Below, in pieces: positions 20,317-28,820 of a stretch of DNA of 64,000 bases. Source of the stretch: Chloroflexota bacterium (lineage in GTDB: Bacteria > Chloroflexota > UBA6077 > FW602-bin22 > CADDYW01); contig JAJPKB010000642.1 of the NCBI GenBank assembly GCA_021323915.1, forward strand, positions 381-64,380. The letters run 5' to 3'. The position numbers and the translations under genes are program-made. Each line of letters starts with the position of its first letter. The stretch's first letter is position 1. A model generated the notes under the pieces. The model was not told where the DNA came from, did no database searches, and was given only the letters and a program-made list of their open reading frames with translations.

Positions 20317-20364
20317 CAATCGGGGCATCCTCGATCGCCCGATTGGGATCTGGTCCCAATCGGG
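20317..20364 (+). promoter_or_regulatory. Three copies of the 8-bp motif CAATCGGG/CCCGATTG upstream of the copy A promoter (candidate operator array)
   Basis: CAATCGGG at 20317, its complement CCCGATTG at 20338, and CAATCGGG at 20357, with about 20-bp spacing. The same arrangement is conserved at 23314, 23335 and 23354. Confidence 0.35.
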
Positions 20365-20408
20365 TGCTCTTCTTATGCTACTCCTATGCAATGCATCACG
20401 CAGAGCCC

Positions 20409-20437
20409 TTGCAGGCTCGCTATGCCTGTTGTACACT
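20409..20437 (+). promoter_or_regulatory. Sigma-70-like promoter (TTGCAG-17 nt-TACACT) of the truncated paralog
   Basis: Hexamers read directly. The position and spacing are conserved at 23406..23434. Confidence 0.5.
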
Positions 20438-20515
20438 GAACTCGCTTTTTAAGATGGCAACCCTTCATTAGCTTGATCCTAAGCAACTGATCGAAGGATT
20501 AAGAGGCCATGTCTC

Positions 20516-20946
20516 GTGGCTAAGGTGGTAGATAGGAGTATGATTTGGACCTTCCGCGGCGGACCCGGGCGGCTAGGGCTGCTTTATCTGGTCGCGGTGA
20601 CGGTGCTCGTCGTTGCTGCATCAACGTTTTCCGTAACGGGCGCCCAGGCACAATCTAGCGCGAACACGCCAACACCGATACCGACGCCCAGCGCACGATC
20701 GGGCGCCGGCAATATCCGTGTCGCCTCTTGCGGCTTTGAGTCCTATACCATCTACCATCGCGGCATAGCGATCATCGCCATCTTCCAACTCTTTGGTCGA
20801 AGCGGAGACCGCCGATGCGAACCCGATCCGGGATTACGATGGCTGCGCTCGTGACCCCAATGCTGGTGTCCGCCCGTATCGGGCCAATAACCGCGGCTCA
20901 GCCCGCAAGACAATCCCCAGTTTACCTGCCAGCGATCTTCAACCGT
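20516..20946 (+). pseudogene. Internally deleted, frameshifted paralog of the BNR/Asp-box protein at 23586..25196
   Basis: The N-terminal ~76 aa align with the 545-aa paralog. In another frame, ARQSPVYLPAIFNR (ending ~20946) mirrors the paralog's C-terminus ARLQPRVYVPFVVR. The whole propeller is missing. Confidence 0.55.
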
Positions 20947-21235
20947 ACCCAGCCGGGCGCGGCTGCCAAATGGCGGGATTATTTCAAACGGCGCAGTCCG
21001 GTGGCAGCTATGTGGCCGAGCTGATTATCACCGAGCTGGTGCGCCGGTTCAAGGGACAGGTGCGTGTCCTGGCGCTGAGCGCGGCGCTCCGGCTGGTCGA
21101 GGACAAGGCGCAGGGGGCGACGGTGCTGGAGGTCGAGGCTGAGCGCCAGAAGCCGATGATGTAGGAGCACGAGGCGGAGTTCGGCGCGCCGAACAACAAG
21201 CTGAACGCCATCGGCGACGTGCTCGGGAGGTGAGG

Positions 21236-21505
21236 ATGGTAGACGGGGATGGGGCGCGAGACGACGTCCAGATCAAGATTCCGCGGGGGTGCGTGCCTCC
21301 TCTGGTCCTGGCGATCCTGGTCGGGGTGTGCATCATCAACCTCGTCATCCTGCTGCTCTACCACGCGCTGTACTACCCTTATGTGCCGGTCATAGGTCAG
21401 GACATCGTCGAGAAGGTCCTAGGACTGACCTTTGACGTCTCGGCCTTGCTCGCCTATCTGGCCGCGATGGGATGGATCGCGGGCTGGGGCAGGTCGAGAA
21501 AGTAG
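21236..21505 (+). CDS. Small membrane protein (2-3 TM), unknown function
   Basis: GGGAGGTGAGG RBS. Hydrophobic segments PPLVLAILVGVCIINLVILLLY and SALLAYLAAMGWIAGW. Confidence 0.5.
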   Translation: MVDGDGARDDVQIKIPRGCVPPLVLAILVGVCIINLVILLLYHALYYPYVPVIGQDIVEKVLGLTFDVSALLAYLAAMGWIAGWGRSRK

Positions 21506-21514
21506 GGAGGTACC

Positions 21515-21634
21515 ATGCTGGACTTCGAGCGGGAGCGCCGGGAGCGTGAGGCCGAGGACGCCCGGTCGCACAGGCGGGTTGCCGGCTTCCTGTTCCGCGT
21601 GTGGCTTGCTATTGTAGTCCTGTCATTCATCTAG
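21515..21634 (+). CDS. 39-aa tail-anchored membrane peptide (not in the ORF track)
   Basis: AGGGAGG lies 5 nt before the ATG at 21515. Hand translation gives MLDFERERRE REAEDARSHR RVAGFLFRVW LAIVVLSFI, with the stop at 21632-21634. It begins 9 nt after the preceding small gene. Confidence 0.4.
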   Translation: MLDFERERREREAEDARSHRRVAGFLFRVWLAIVVLSFI

Positions 21635-21898
21635 CGGCACGCCGTATCAGCCACGTAGTTCACACCGGTCGCGCGTATCATCGCGATCCCGCTGGGTGCG
21701 ATCTTCGCGGTGTCATTCTGGCTGTCCATGATTCTCTGGATTATGAGCGAGGCGGGGTGCTCCACGCGGCCCGAACATGAATCGACGTTCGGCTGGCGTG
21801 TCTGCTGCGTCCATGGCCGGCTCGACCCGACCCGGGTGCGTCTGCTGCGCGATGAATCCTGCGATGAGCCGTAATTGCTCAGGAGGAGATCAAGCATC

Positions 21899-22711
21899 AT
21901 GAGTGAACGCTTCCCCAACCCCCTGGCCATCGATCCATTGCAGACTGCGCTGACTGCGGAAACGATCGCCACCCCAACTGGTCTCTTTGTTTGTGCTGCG
22001 AGCGACCAGGCGGCGGACGTTGAAGAGCAGATGCGCCAAACCCAACTCGATGTCCTGCCCGTAGACGATCGTGTGAGCGCGTTTTGGGTTCACCCGCGCG
22101 CCTACCCTCATTGTACCCGGTCAGTGCCGTTTTTGCAGCCGATCGGCGCCGAGGATCTGGTCGCCGCTGACACACCGATCCTTAGCCTGCTGCATCTGAT
22201 GGTTCAACGGGAGCGAGGCTTCTACTTCGTCCTTAGAGAAGCGGATGTTGGCGGTATCGTAACTTACGCAGATTTCAACAAGCTCCTCGTACGAGCAGCA
22301 GTGTTTACCTGCGTCAGCCAGGTCGAGGAGGCACTCATTCAAATGCTGGAGGCAGCACTGGCGGGAGGGGACGCTTGGCGTGACTGGCTTGGGCCCAAAG
22401 ATGTAAGTGTGATTGAGAAGTTCTGGCGGCCGGCGCGAGCAAGCGGCGTTGACCTCCACCCGATTCGCTATGCATCCCTAACCCAGCTCATACGGCTCTG
22501 CGCAGCCTCGCCGACGGTGGCGCCCCGGCTGGTGGAAACGGTTGGTTCAAACTGGGCTGCCGATATGGAGCACTTGCGGGACTATGCGCGGAACCCCGTA
22601 GCGCACGCCGGAAAGTTACTTGTGAGGTCGCTGGCTGATTTGGCCTATCTGGACAAGGCCTGCCGATTTGCAGCGGAGTTTGAGCGTCGCCGACCTTTAT
22701 GTAACGGATGA
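21899..22711 (+). CDS. CBS-pair protein fused to a helical domain with an HEPN-like RNxxAH motif
   Basis: AGGAGGAG RBS 10 nt before the ATG at 21899. Two CBS-like units are present (..AADVEEQMRQTQLDVLPVDD.. and ..LSLLHLMVQRERGFYFVLREADVGGIVTYADFNK). The C-terminal helical region contains YARNPVAHAG (R-x4-H). Confidence 0.6.
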   Translation: MSERFPNPLAIDPLQTALTAETIATPTGLFVCAASDQAADVEEQMRQTQLDVLPVDDRVSAFWVHPRAYPHCTRSVPFLQPIGAEDLVAADTPILSLLHLMVQRERGFYFVLREADVGGIVTYADFNKLLVRAAVFTCVSQVEEALIQMLEAALAGGDAWRDWLGPKDVSVIEKFWRPARASGVDLHPIRYASLTQLIRLCAASPTVAPRLVETVGSNWAADMEHLRDYARNPVAHAGKLLVRSLADLAYLDKACRFAAEFERRRPLCNG

Positions 22712-23062
22712 GCCAGTCCGCGGACCGGGCTGGCTCGGATGATTGTGGCGGCTGGCGCCTGCCTCACGCGCCCAGCCTCCAAGACTGTCTGCTTGTGGTC
22801 GAGGCGACGGCGGGATTTCAAAGGTCGTCGGCCCGATCCACGTTGCGCTCGCCTCCTCACGAAGCCTCTCCAGCATCGCACGGTCGAAGCGGATGGTCAA
22901 TCTCTGGGACAAGTTCTTGGCGAAACGAGCCTTGACCGGCTTGAACTCTTCCTCGAAGTCCGTCGTATCGGGGGTGTCCCAGAATGCGGCCCCTTCTTCG
23001 ACGATCTAGAAGATCTCGTCTAAATCGATCTTCCCAAGACGAACGATGAATAAAAGAGTCAT
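22697..23062 (-). pseudogene. BrnA/CopG-like antitoxin remnant with an in-frame TAG
   Basis: ORFs 23006..23242 and 22697..22912 share one frame. Read through the TAG (complement of 23006-23008), the sequence is ..KIDLDEIF*IVEEGAAFWDTPDTTDFEEEFKPVKARFAKNLSQRLTIRFDRAMLERLREEA, the BrnA pattern (FWdthdstDy...vtiRl....le.lk..A). The C-terminus is aberrant and there is no toxin partner. Confidence 0.45.
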
Positions 23063-23307
23063 GGTTATGGTGCTGGCCAGCGCGTGGGCGCCGACGAAGC
23101 GGAGGGGTGGGACAACTGCCCGACTCACCAACGACCGGAAAGCACGTGGAGGAGTCGACGCTGAAGTCGCGGCCTCGCGGTGAGCGGCCATGCGCTGGTC
23201 AAGGTCAGCAACTTCCGAGTTATCACCCCTGATCGTTTTCACCGGGCCGTTCTCCTGAATCAGCGGATTCCCTTCCTAGATTATGCCTACCAGTGGCTAT
23301 CAGAAAA

Positions 23308-23817
23308 ATAGGACAATCGGGGTATGCCCGGTAGCCCGATTGGGATATGGTCCCCATCGGGCACTTCTTTTATGCTACTCCTATTCAATAGACTGCACAA
23401 AGCTCTTGCAAGGTTGCTATGTCTGTTATAAAGTGAGTCCGCTTCGCACCATGGCTGGTTGTACGGATTGCTAGAGATCTCATCTACTCGGTGATTCCTA
23501 CTGCCAGGGGCCTCGCCACGAAGCGCCTGGCGGTCTGGGCGAGCGTGCATTTTCCGTCATGATCATCAATCAGAGGGCACGTTTCATGGCTAAGGTGATA
23601 AATACGCGCATGGTTCGGACCTTCCACGCTGGACCCCGGTGGCCGTGGCTGATCTCTCTCGTCATCGCAACGCTGCTCGCGGTTGGCGTATCCGCGTTTT
23701 CCGCGACAGGTACCCAGGCACAGTCAAGTCCGAGCGCGTTGACGCCGACGCCGACGCCCGGCGCGCGGCCGGGCGTCGGCAGTATCCGTGTTGCCTCCTG
23801 CGGCTATCAGTCCTACC
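23308..23817 (+). repeat. Copy B of the duplicated promoter plus 5' CDS segment
   Basis: See copy A. The leader between the -10 and the start codon is about 70 nt longer here. Confidence 0.75.
23406..23434 (+). promoter_or_regulatory. Sigma-70-like promoter (TTGCAA-17 nt-TAAAGT) of the BNR-repeat protein gene
   Basis: Hexamers read directly and conserved with copy A. The CAATCGGG motif triplet lies upstream at 23314..23361. Confidence 0.5.
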
Positions 23818-25196
23818 TCAACGTTTCTCCGACGACAGTGGCGGCGGGCGGCAGTGTGACTGCCTCGGGGAGTTGCTTCGATGCCAATGATACCCTCACG
23901 TTCTGGTTGGACACTCTGTATGGCACCCAGCTAGCTACTCAGCCCGCCTCGCCGCCGACCGATTCGAGCGGCTCGTTCAACAACGTCAGCGTTTCGATCC
24001 CGGCCGACACCACGGTCGGCTCGCACACGATCTTCGCGATCGATAGCTTCGGCGATACCGCGACAGCATCGCTGACCGTAACCGCGCCTCCCCCCTCGGC
24101 GACCCCGACCGCTACCAACACCCCGACGCCAACGTCTACTCCCGGGTCGGGCTCGGTGACCTGGACGTCGCTCACGACGGGAGTTCCATCCACCGTGTCG
24201 CTCTACGGGGTAGCTTTCAATGGGAGCGGGACGGTGATCGCCGTTGGCCAGGGCAGTGAGATCGTGCGCAGTACGAACGATGGCATGACCTGGCAAACGA
24301 TCAACGCGAGCAACCAGGGATCCTTCGATTTGTATAGCGTTGCTTTCGCCGACGCGAGCCACGCCTGGGCCGGAGGGCAGGCGGGAACACTCTATTCCTC
24401 GTCGAACGGGGGAATCAATTGGGTTCCGGTCCCGGTCACCGACTCCTCGGGCAAGACGCGCTACCCGATCATCCACGGTATCGCCTTTACCAGTTCCTCT
24501 GTAGGCTACCTGGCGGGTGGCGAGCTTCTCGATCAGATGCTCGAAACCGGGGAGATCTTCCGGACGACTGACGGCGGCATGACCTGGAACTTACTGAGCA
24601 ACGTTCCGGCCGACGAGCAATGGAACTCGATCACCTTCAATCAGGCCGGCGTCGGACTGGCGGTCGCCACGAATGGCGACATCATCCGGACAACCGACGG
24701 CAGCAATTGGACCAAAGTGTTTTCCCAGAGCTACCCTTTGATCCAGCTCAACGACGTCGCCTTTACGACCGATGGCTCGACCGCGGTCGCCGTGGGGGAT
24801 AACGCGGTCATTTTGCGCTCGACCGACGCGGGACAGAGCTGGACCCAAGTGTCGCCGCCGAGCAACCTGTCCAATTTGGTCTACCTGAAGGGGATTACTT
24901 TCAGCAGCAGCACCAAGGGTTCAGCAGTTGGCGGGACCAATTGCACCGGGTGCGTCGGGCAGACGGCGATCAGCACGAGCGATGGCGGAGCAACCTGGAG
25001 CATCACCTATCAGAACGGCGCGACGGTGCAAGCCGCGGTCTCTCGCACCGCTTCGGGTACTGCAGGGGGGTATTTCTGGCGGATCGGCTGCGACACGGCG
25101 GTGTGTATCGCGGCGGGTGATGCGGGGACAGCGATCTCCACCGGCACCGTCGCTCGCCTCCAGCCCCGGGTGTACGTTCCCTTTGTGGTCCGCTGA
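23586..25196 (+). CDS. Secreted or anchored BNR/Asp-box beta-propeller protein (Ycf48/sialidase-like repeats)
   Basis: Signal-anchor WLISLVIATLLAVGVSAFSA. Six S/T-x-D-x-G-x-(T/S)-W repeats are present (STNDGMTWQ, SSNGGINWV, TTDGGMTWN, TTDGSNWTK, STDAGQSWT, TSDGGATWS). Start chosen at MAKV (23586) by homology with copy A. Confidence 0.75.
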   Translation: MAKVINTRMVRTFHAGPRWPWLISLVIATLLAVGVSAFSATGTQAQSSPSALTPTPTPGARPGVGSIRVASCGYQSYLNVSPTTVAAGGSVTASGSCFDANDTLTFWLDTLYGTQLATQPASPPTDSSGSFNNVSVSIPADTTVGSHTIFAIDSFGDTATASLTVTAPPPSATPTATNTPTPTSTPGSGSVTWTSLTTGVPSTVSLYGVAFNGSGTVIAVGQGSEIVRSTNDGMTWQTINASNQGSFDLYSVAFADASHAWAGGQAGTLYSSSNGGINWVPVPVTDSSGKTRYPIIHGIAFTSSSVGYLAGGELLDQMLETGEIFRTTDGGMTWNLLSNVPADEQWNSITFNQAGVGLAVATNGDIIRTTDGSNWTKVFSQSYPLIQLNDVAFTTDGSTAVAVGDNAVILRSTDAGQSWTQVSPPSNLSNLVYLKGITFSSSTKGSAVGGTNCTGCVGQTAISTSDGGATWSITYQNGATVQAAVSRTASGTAGGYFWRIGCDTAVCIAAGDAGTAISTGTVARLQPRVYVPFVVR

Positions 25197-25395
25197 GCCC
25201 AAACGGGGGAAGTCAGAGATGGGGGGAGCTGCTGCCGTGGTAAGCTGACCGCGTTGGACCTCGTCGCCGAATCGTGCCCGAGAGGGAGATTGCGATAGGC
25301 CAATAGGAGAGGTGTCCTAGCGCAAAACGGCGAGAAGAGGACAAGTGGGCTATTGTGCTAGCAGGCTAGCAGATATAACCTAGGTCCAGATAGAA

Positions 25396-25851
25396 GTGGT
25401 GGTGATGATGGAGAAAGTTCTTCTCGTTGATGATGATTCCTGGATCCGGCAGCTCGTGGCAACGACCCTCAATGATGGGCAATGGGCGATCAGCGAATCA
25501 GCGGCCGGGCTTCCCGCTTTGGACTTCATCCATCGAGAGCATCCGCGATTGGTTATCCTGGATCTCGGTCTCCCGGACATTTCCGGGCTCGAAGTCTGTC
25601 GACAGGTCAAGGGTGATCCCAGACTCCGTGACACGATGGTCATCATCCTGACCGCCAACACCGACACGCGAGAGCTAGCGGCATGCCAGGCGGTCGGTGC
25701 CGATGCAATTCTGAACAAGCCGTTTTCTCCCCTTCGCTTGCTCACGCTAGTCGAGTCGGTAACACTCCCTTCCTCCCTTGACGATGACTCGCGGTACCAG
25801 CCGCTGCTGGCCGAGGCAGATCTGCTGACGGGAATCAGTCCGAGGCAATGA
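25396..25851 (+). CDS. Stand-alone response-regulator receiver domain (CheY-like)
   Basis: LLVDDD, VILDLGLPDISG (phospho-acceptor Asp), ILTA and NKPF motifs. No output domain. Confidence 0.85.
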   Translation: MVVMMEKVLLVDDDSWIRQLVATTLNDGQWAISESAAGLPALDFIHREHPRLVILDLGLPDISGLEVCRQVKGDPRLRDTMVIILTANTDTRELAACQAVGADAILNKPFSPLRLLTLVESVTLPSSLDDDSRYQPLLAEADLLTGISPRQ

Positions 25852-25881
25852 TCCGGTCTCCAGCCCCCTGACAACCGCGGT

Positions 25882-25928
25882 CACGTCTCCCCCGGACATC
25901 GCCGAGCGGCGTGCCCGGGGGAGACGTG
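25882..25928 (+). terminator. 14-bp perfect-stem hairpin downstream of the receiver gene
   Basis: CACGTCTCCCCCGG (25882-25895) pairs with CCGGGGGAGACGTG (25915-25928) around a 19-nt loop. There is no strong T-tract. Confidence 0.45.
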
Positions 25929-25962
25929 CTTCGTCATCGTCGTCTCCGGTCGTAGTCCCTGA

Positions 25963-25991
25963 TTGACCTACCTTGCCCCAAGTGCTATGCT
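25963..25991 (+). promoter_or_regulatory. Sigma-70-like promoter TTGACC-17 nt-TATGCT for the sugar ABC operon
   Basis: Hexamers read directly, about 130 nt upstream of the ATG at 26125. Confidence 0.5.
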
Positions 25992-26124
25992 CGCCCCACG
26001 AGGATGCTATCGTTCGTTTACGGTTAAGGTAGTTCGTTGGATCGCTCCCCCGCTCGGGGCGGGAGAGGGAGGAGTAAGGACTCGTCCCCGCCCGGACGGG
26101 ACATGATCTGTGGAGGACGGAGAA

Positions 26125-27846
26125 ATGTCAGAGAAGCGCCCAGGGTCAGATCGCTCGCATCGCGTCGTTCGTCGCACGTTCCTGGGGACCGCGGCGGTGG
26201 CGACCGGCGTCGTCGCCGCCACCGCGTTGCTCGAGGCGTGCTCCAGCGGCTCGCCGGCCGCCAATAGCAGCGCACCGGCCACGACCAGTGCTGCTCCCTC
26301 CGTCGCGGCCAGCAGCGCCAGCCCGGCCGCGGTGAGCCAGGCTACGACCGCACCCGCCGCCTCACCGGTCTACACCCCGATTCCGACGGTCACAGCGCCA
26401 CTCAAGCACGAAGGGACGATCCTCGCCAACATCGAGGACGATTACAGCCACGCCAGCGGCATGGCGGCCGTCGCCCAAGAGTACATGAAGCTCTATCCCA
26501 AGGTCGAGATCAAGATCGACCCCAAGCCGATCGACGGCTACATCGACTGGGCCCGCGCCCAGGTCGTCGGCGGAACCAAGGCATCCTACCTGCGGGACTG
26601 CACCTGCCCGGACCTCGTTGCCGCCGGGAAGTTCGTCGATCTCACTCCTTATCTCAAGGCAGTCAACCCGTACACGAACAAAGTCTGGCAGACGATGTTT
26701 CAGGAAGGCACGATCATTCCGGACTCTAACACCGGACAGGTCGTCCAGTTCAATATGTTTCGGGTCTACGTGCTCTGGTTCTACAACCGCCAGCTCTGGG
26801 ACCAGGTAGGCTTGAAGGATCCCCCGAAGACCTGGACCGAGTTCATCAAGGTGCTTCAGACCTTCCAGGATGCCAAGATTCTGCCAACGCCGATGGCTGG
26901 CGACTACGATGGCTGGGCCCGGATGGGCATCTCTTGGCTCGATCGGATTACTGCCGACGCCTACATGCGCGATTCGATCAACATCATTCGCGCTCAGCCG
27001 GGCGATTGGGATTACGACCCGAAGATCGACGCCACCTGGAAGTACGATCCGAAAGACCCCTACAACGACGCCTTTGGCAAGGTGACCCGGAATCCCGTTC
27101 GGATGATCCAGGCGTTCCGCGATGGCAAGCTCAGCGTCGACAACCCCGGCTACCGCGACTGGTGGCGGCACCTGAAGCAGTTCCTGAAGTACATCCAACC
27201 GGGCTTCCTCGGGGTGAATCGCGATACCGCGCGCCAGCTTTTCCTGACTGGCAAAGCCGGCATCTGGATGGATGCGACCTGGTTCTTCTCCCAGTTCGAA
27301 CACTTCATGGGCGATCCGGCCAACGGCCTCAAGCGCTTCGACTACGGCACCTTCAACCTGGTCGACATCGACGACTCCAAGCTCGTCCAGGCCCCGACCC
27401 GAACCATCGACAACCCGGCCGGCTACTGGGTGATTCCGAAGAAAAATCAGGCCCAGAACGATCTGGAAGTCGACTTTCTGATGTTCATGACTGAGCCGAA
27501 GATGGCGGGTCTGCTGGTCAACACGACGCTGACCGATCCCAAGTATGATCTGGTCGGGCCGCCGACCTTGAAAGACGTGGCTTTGCCGAAAGTCTGGGAG
27601 GATCGCTTCGCGGTCATCGGTGGCCGGGGCCAGGGCGAAGGCGGCGCGCCGGGGATTCACGGGATCGATCCGCAAAGTCAGCGTGAATGGGTCGCCCTCG
27701 CCCAGCAATACGCGACCGACAAGCTGTCGGAAGACGACTTCTTCAAGAAGTTCGAAGCGTCGATCATGCAGGCGGTGCCCCGGGTCGCCAAGACCCAGGG
27801 TTTCGATCTGGACCATCCGGAAAAAAAGCCCAACCCGCCCAAGTAA
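26125..27846 (+). CDS. Extracellular solute-binding protein, family 1 (sugar ABC)
   Basis: GGAGGA RBS. Tat/lipoprotein leader RRTFLGTAAVATGVVAATALLEACSS followed by a Ser/Ala-rich linker. Confidence 0.85.
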   Translation: MSEKRPGSDRSHRVVRRTFLGTAAVATGVVAATALLEACSSGSPAANSSAPATTSAAPSVAASSASPAAVSQATTAPAASPVYTPIPTVTAPLKHEGTILANIEDDYSHASGMAAVAQEYMKLYPKVEIKIDPKPIDGYIDWARAQVVGGTKASYLRDCTCPDLVAAGKFVDLTPYLKAVNPYTNKVWQTMFQEGTIIPDSNTGQVVQFNMFRVYVLWFYNRQLWDQVGLKDPPKTWTEFIKVLQTFQDAKILPTPMAGDYDGWARMGISWLDRITADAYMRDSINIIRAQPGDWDYDPKIDATWKYDPKDPYNDAFGKVTRNPVRMIQAFRDGKLSVDNPGYRDWWRHLKQFLKYIQPGFLGVNRDTARQLFLTGKAGIWMDATWFFSQFEHFMGDPANGLKRFDYGTFNLVDIDDSKLVQAPTRTIDNPAGYWVIPKKNQAQNDLEVDFLMFMTEPKMAGLLVNTTLTDPKYDLVGPPTLKDVALPKVWEDRFAVIGGRGQGEGGAPGIHGIDPQSQREWVALAQQYATDKLSEDDFFKKFEASIMQAVPRVAKTQGFDLDHPEKKPNPPK

Positions 27847-27858
27847 AAGTGGTCTGCC

Positions 27859-28797
27859 ATGGCTAGTGACGTTCGTCCTATTCCTCGTTCGCGCCAACGC
27901 TCGCTCTGGGGGGAGATCTGGGCCGGGCGGGTCTCCTACCTGTTTATCTTGCCGGCCTTGCTGAGCGTCCTCATCTTTATGGTCGAGCCAACGTTCTCGG
28001 GATTCTATTACGCGTTCACCGACTGGAACCCGGGCTTTCAAGAGGTTCACTTTGTCGGACTGGATAACTTTGCCGCCCTTTTCCAGGATGCGACCCTGGG
28101 CACCGGCGTGCGCAACGTCCTCGAGATTGTCGTGGCGACGGTCTTGAAAAACCTGACCGTGCCACTGCTCGTCGCCGAGCTGATCTTCCACCTGCGCTCG
28201 CCCCGCCTGCAGTACTGGCTACGTACCCTCTTCGTCGTGCCGATGGTCATGCCAGCGATCGCCGTCATCCTCCTCTGGATCCAGATCTATGATCCCAACA
28301 TCGGCTTGCTCAATCAGCTTCTGGGCGGCATCGGCCTGCAATCCTGGCAGCACGCCTGGCTCGGCGATCCGCTCACCGCGCTGCCCGCGATCATCTTCGT
28401 CGGCTTCCCCTGGGTCCACGTGCTGCCGTTCCTGATCTTGTTGGGTGGCTTGATGTCGATCCCTCAGGAGCTCTACGACGCGGCGACCGTCGATGGCGCA
28501 CGTGCCTCGGCGCGATTCCTCTTGATCGACCTGCCACTGCTTCTCGGTCAGATCAAGCTGCTCGTCGTCTTGAGCGTGATCGAAGGATTCCAGGGGTTCT
28601 ACAACATTCTCGTGATGACCGGTGGGGGACCGTTTACCTCGACGATCGTCCCGGCGCTCGAAATGTACTTTGCCGCCTTCCAGGATTCGAAGTACGGCTA
28701 CGCCTGCGCCATCGCCTTCGCGCTCTTCCTGGTGATTCTGCTGATCACAATCGTCAATATGACCTATCTCAAATCGGGCGTTGAGTATGAAGCCTGA
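27859..28797 (+). CDS. Carbohydrate ABC transporter permease
   Basis: EAA loop YDAATVDGARASARFLLIDLPLL and six TM segments. Confidence 0.85.
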   Translation: MASDVRPIPRSRQRSLWGEIWAGRVSYLFILPALLSVLIFMVEPTFSGFYYAFTDWNPGFQEVHFVGLDNFAALFQDATLGTGVRNVLEIVVATVLKNLTVPLLVAELIFHLRSPRLQYWLRTLFVVPMVMPAIAVILLWIQIYDPNIGLLNQLLGGIGLQSWQHAWLGDPLTALPAIIFVGFPWVHVLPFLILLGGLMSIPQELYDAATVDGARASARFLLIDLPLLLGQIKLLVVLSVIEGFQGFYNILVMTGGGPFTSTIVPALEMYFAAFQDSKYGYACAIAFALFLVILLITIVNMTYLKSGVEYEA

Positions 28798-28820
28798 GAG
28801 CGAGGGGAGGGAGGGTATCC

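Larger units (their letters stand above)
20311..20745 (+). repeat. Copy A of a duplicated promoter plus 5' CDS segment (paralogous to 23308..23817)
   Basis: By-eye alignment. ATAGGACAATCGGGG...CCCGATTGGGAT..GGTCCC.ATCGGG...TTATGCTACTCCTAT...TTGCA(G/A)-17 nt-TA(C/A)A(C/G)T is shared. The first ~76 codons are also shared (MAKV..R..TF..GP...TGxQAQSS...TPTP...G.G(N/S)IRVASCG). Confidence 0.75.

Noticed and set aside
20311-20408. Idea that the conserved, stem-forming segment (ATAGGA...TCCTAT enclosing CAATCGGGG...CCCGATTG) is a riboswitch or 5' leader RNA.
   Set aside because: In both copies it lies upstream of the conserved -35/-10 hexamers, so it is probably not transcribed with the gene. It is interpreted as a DNA-level operator array instead.
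20793-21164. 123-aa ORF downstream of the truncated paralog.
   Set aside because: Its 5' half overlaps the pseudogene remnant frames, it has no SD site and no motif. Only the last ~64 codons could be real, and there is no support for that.
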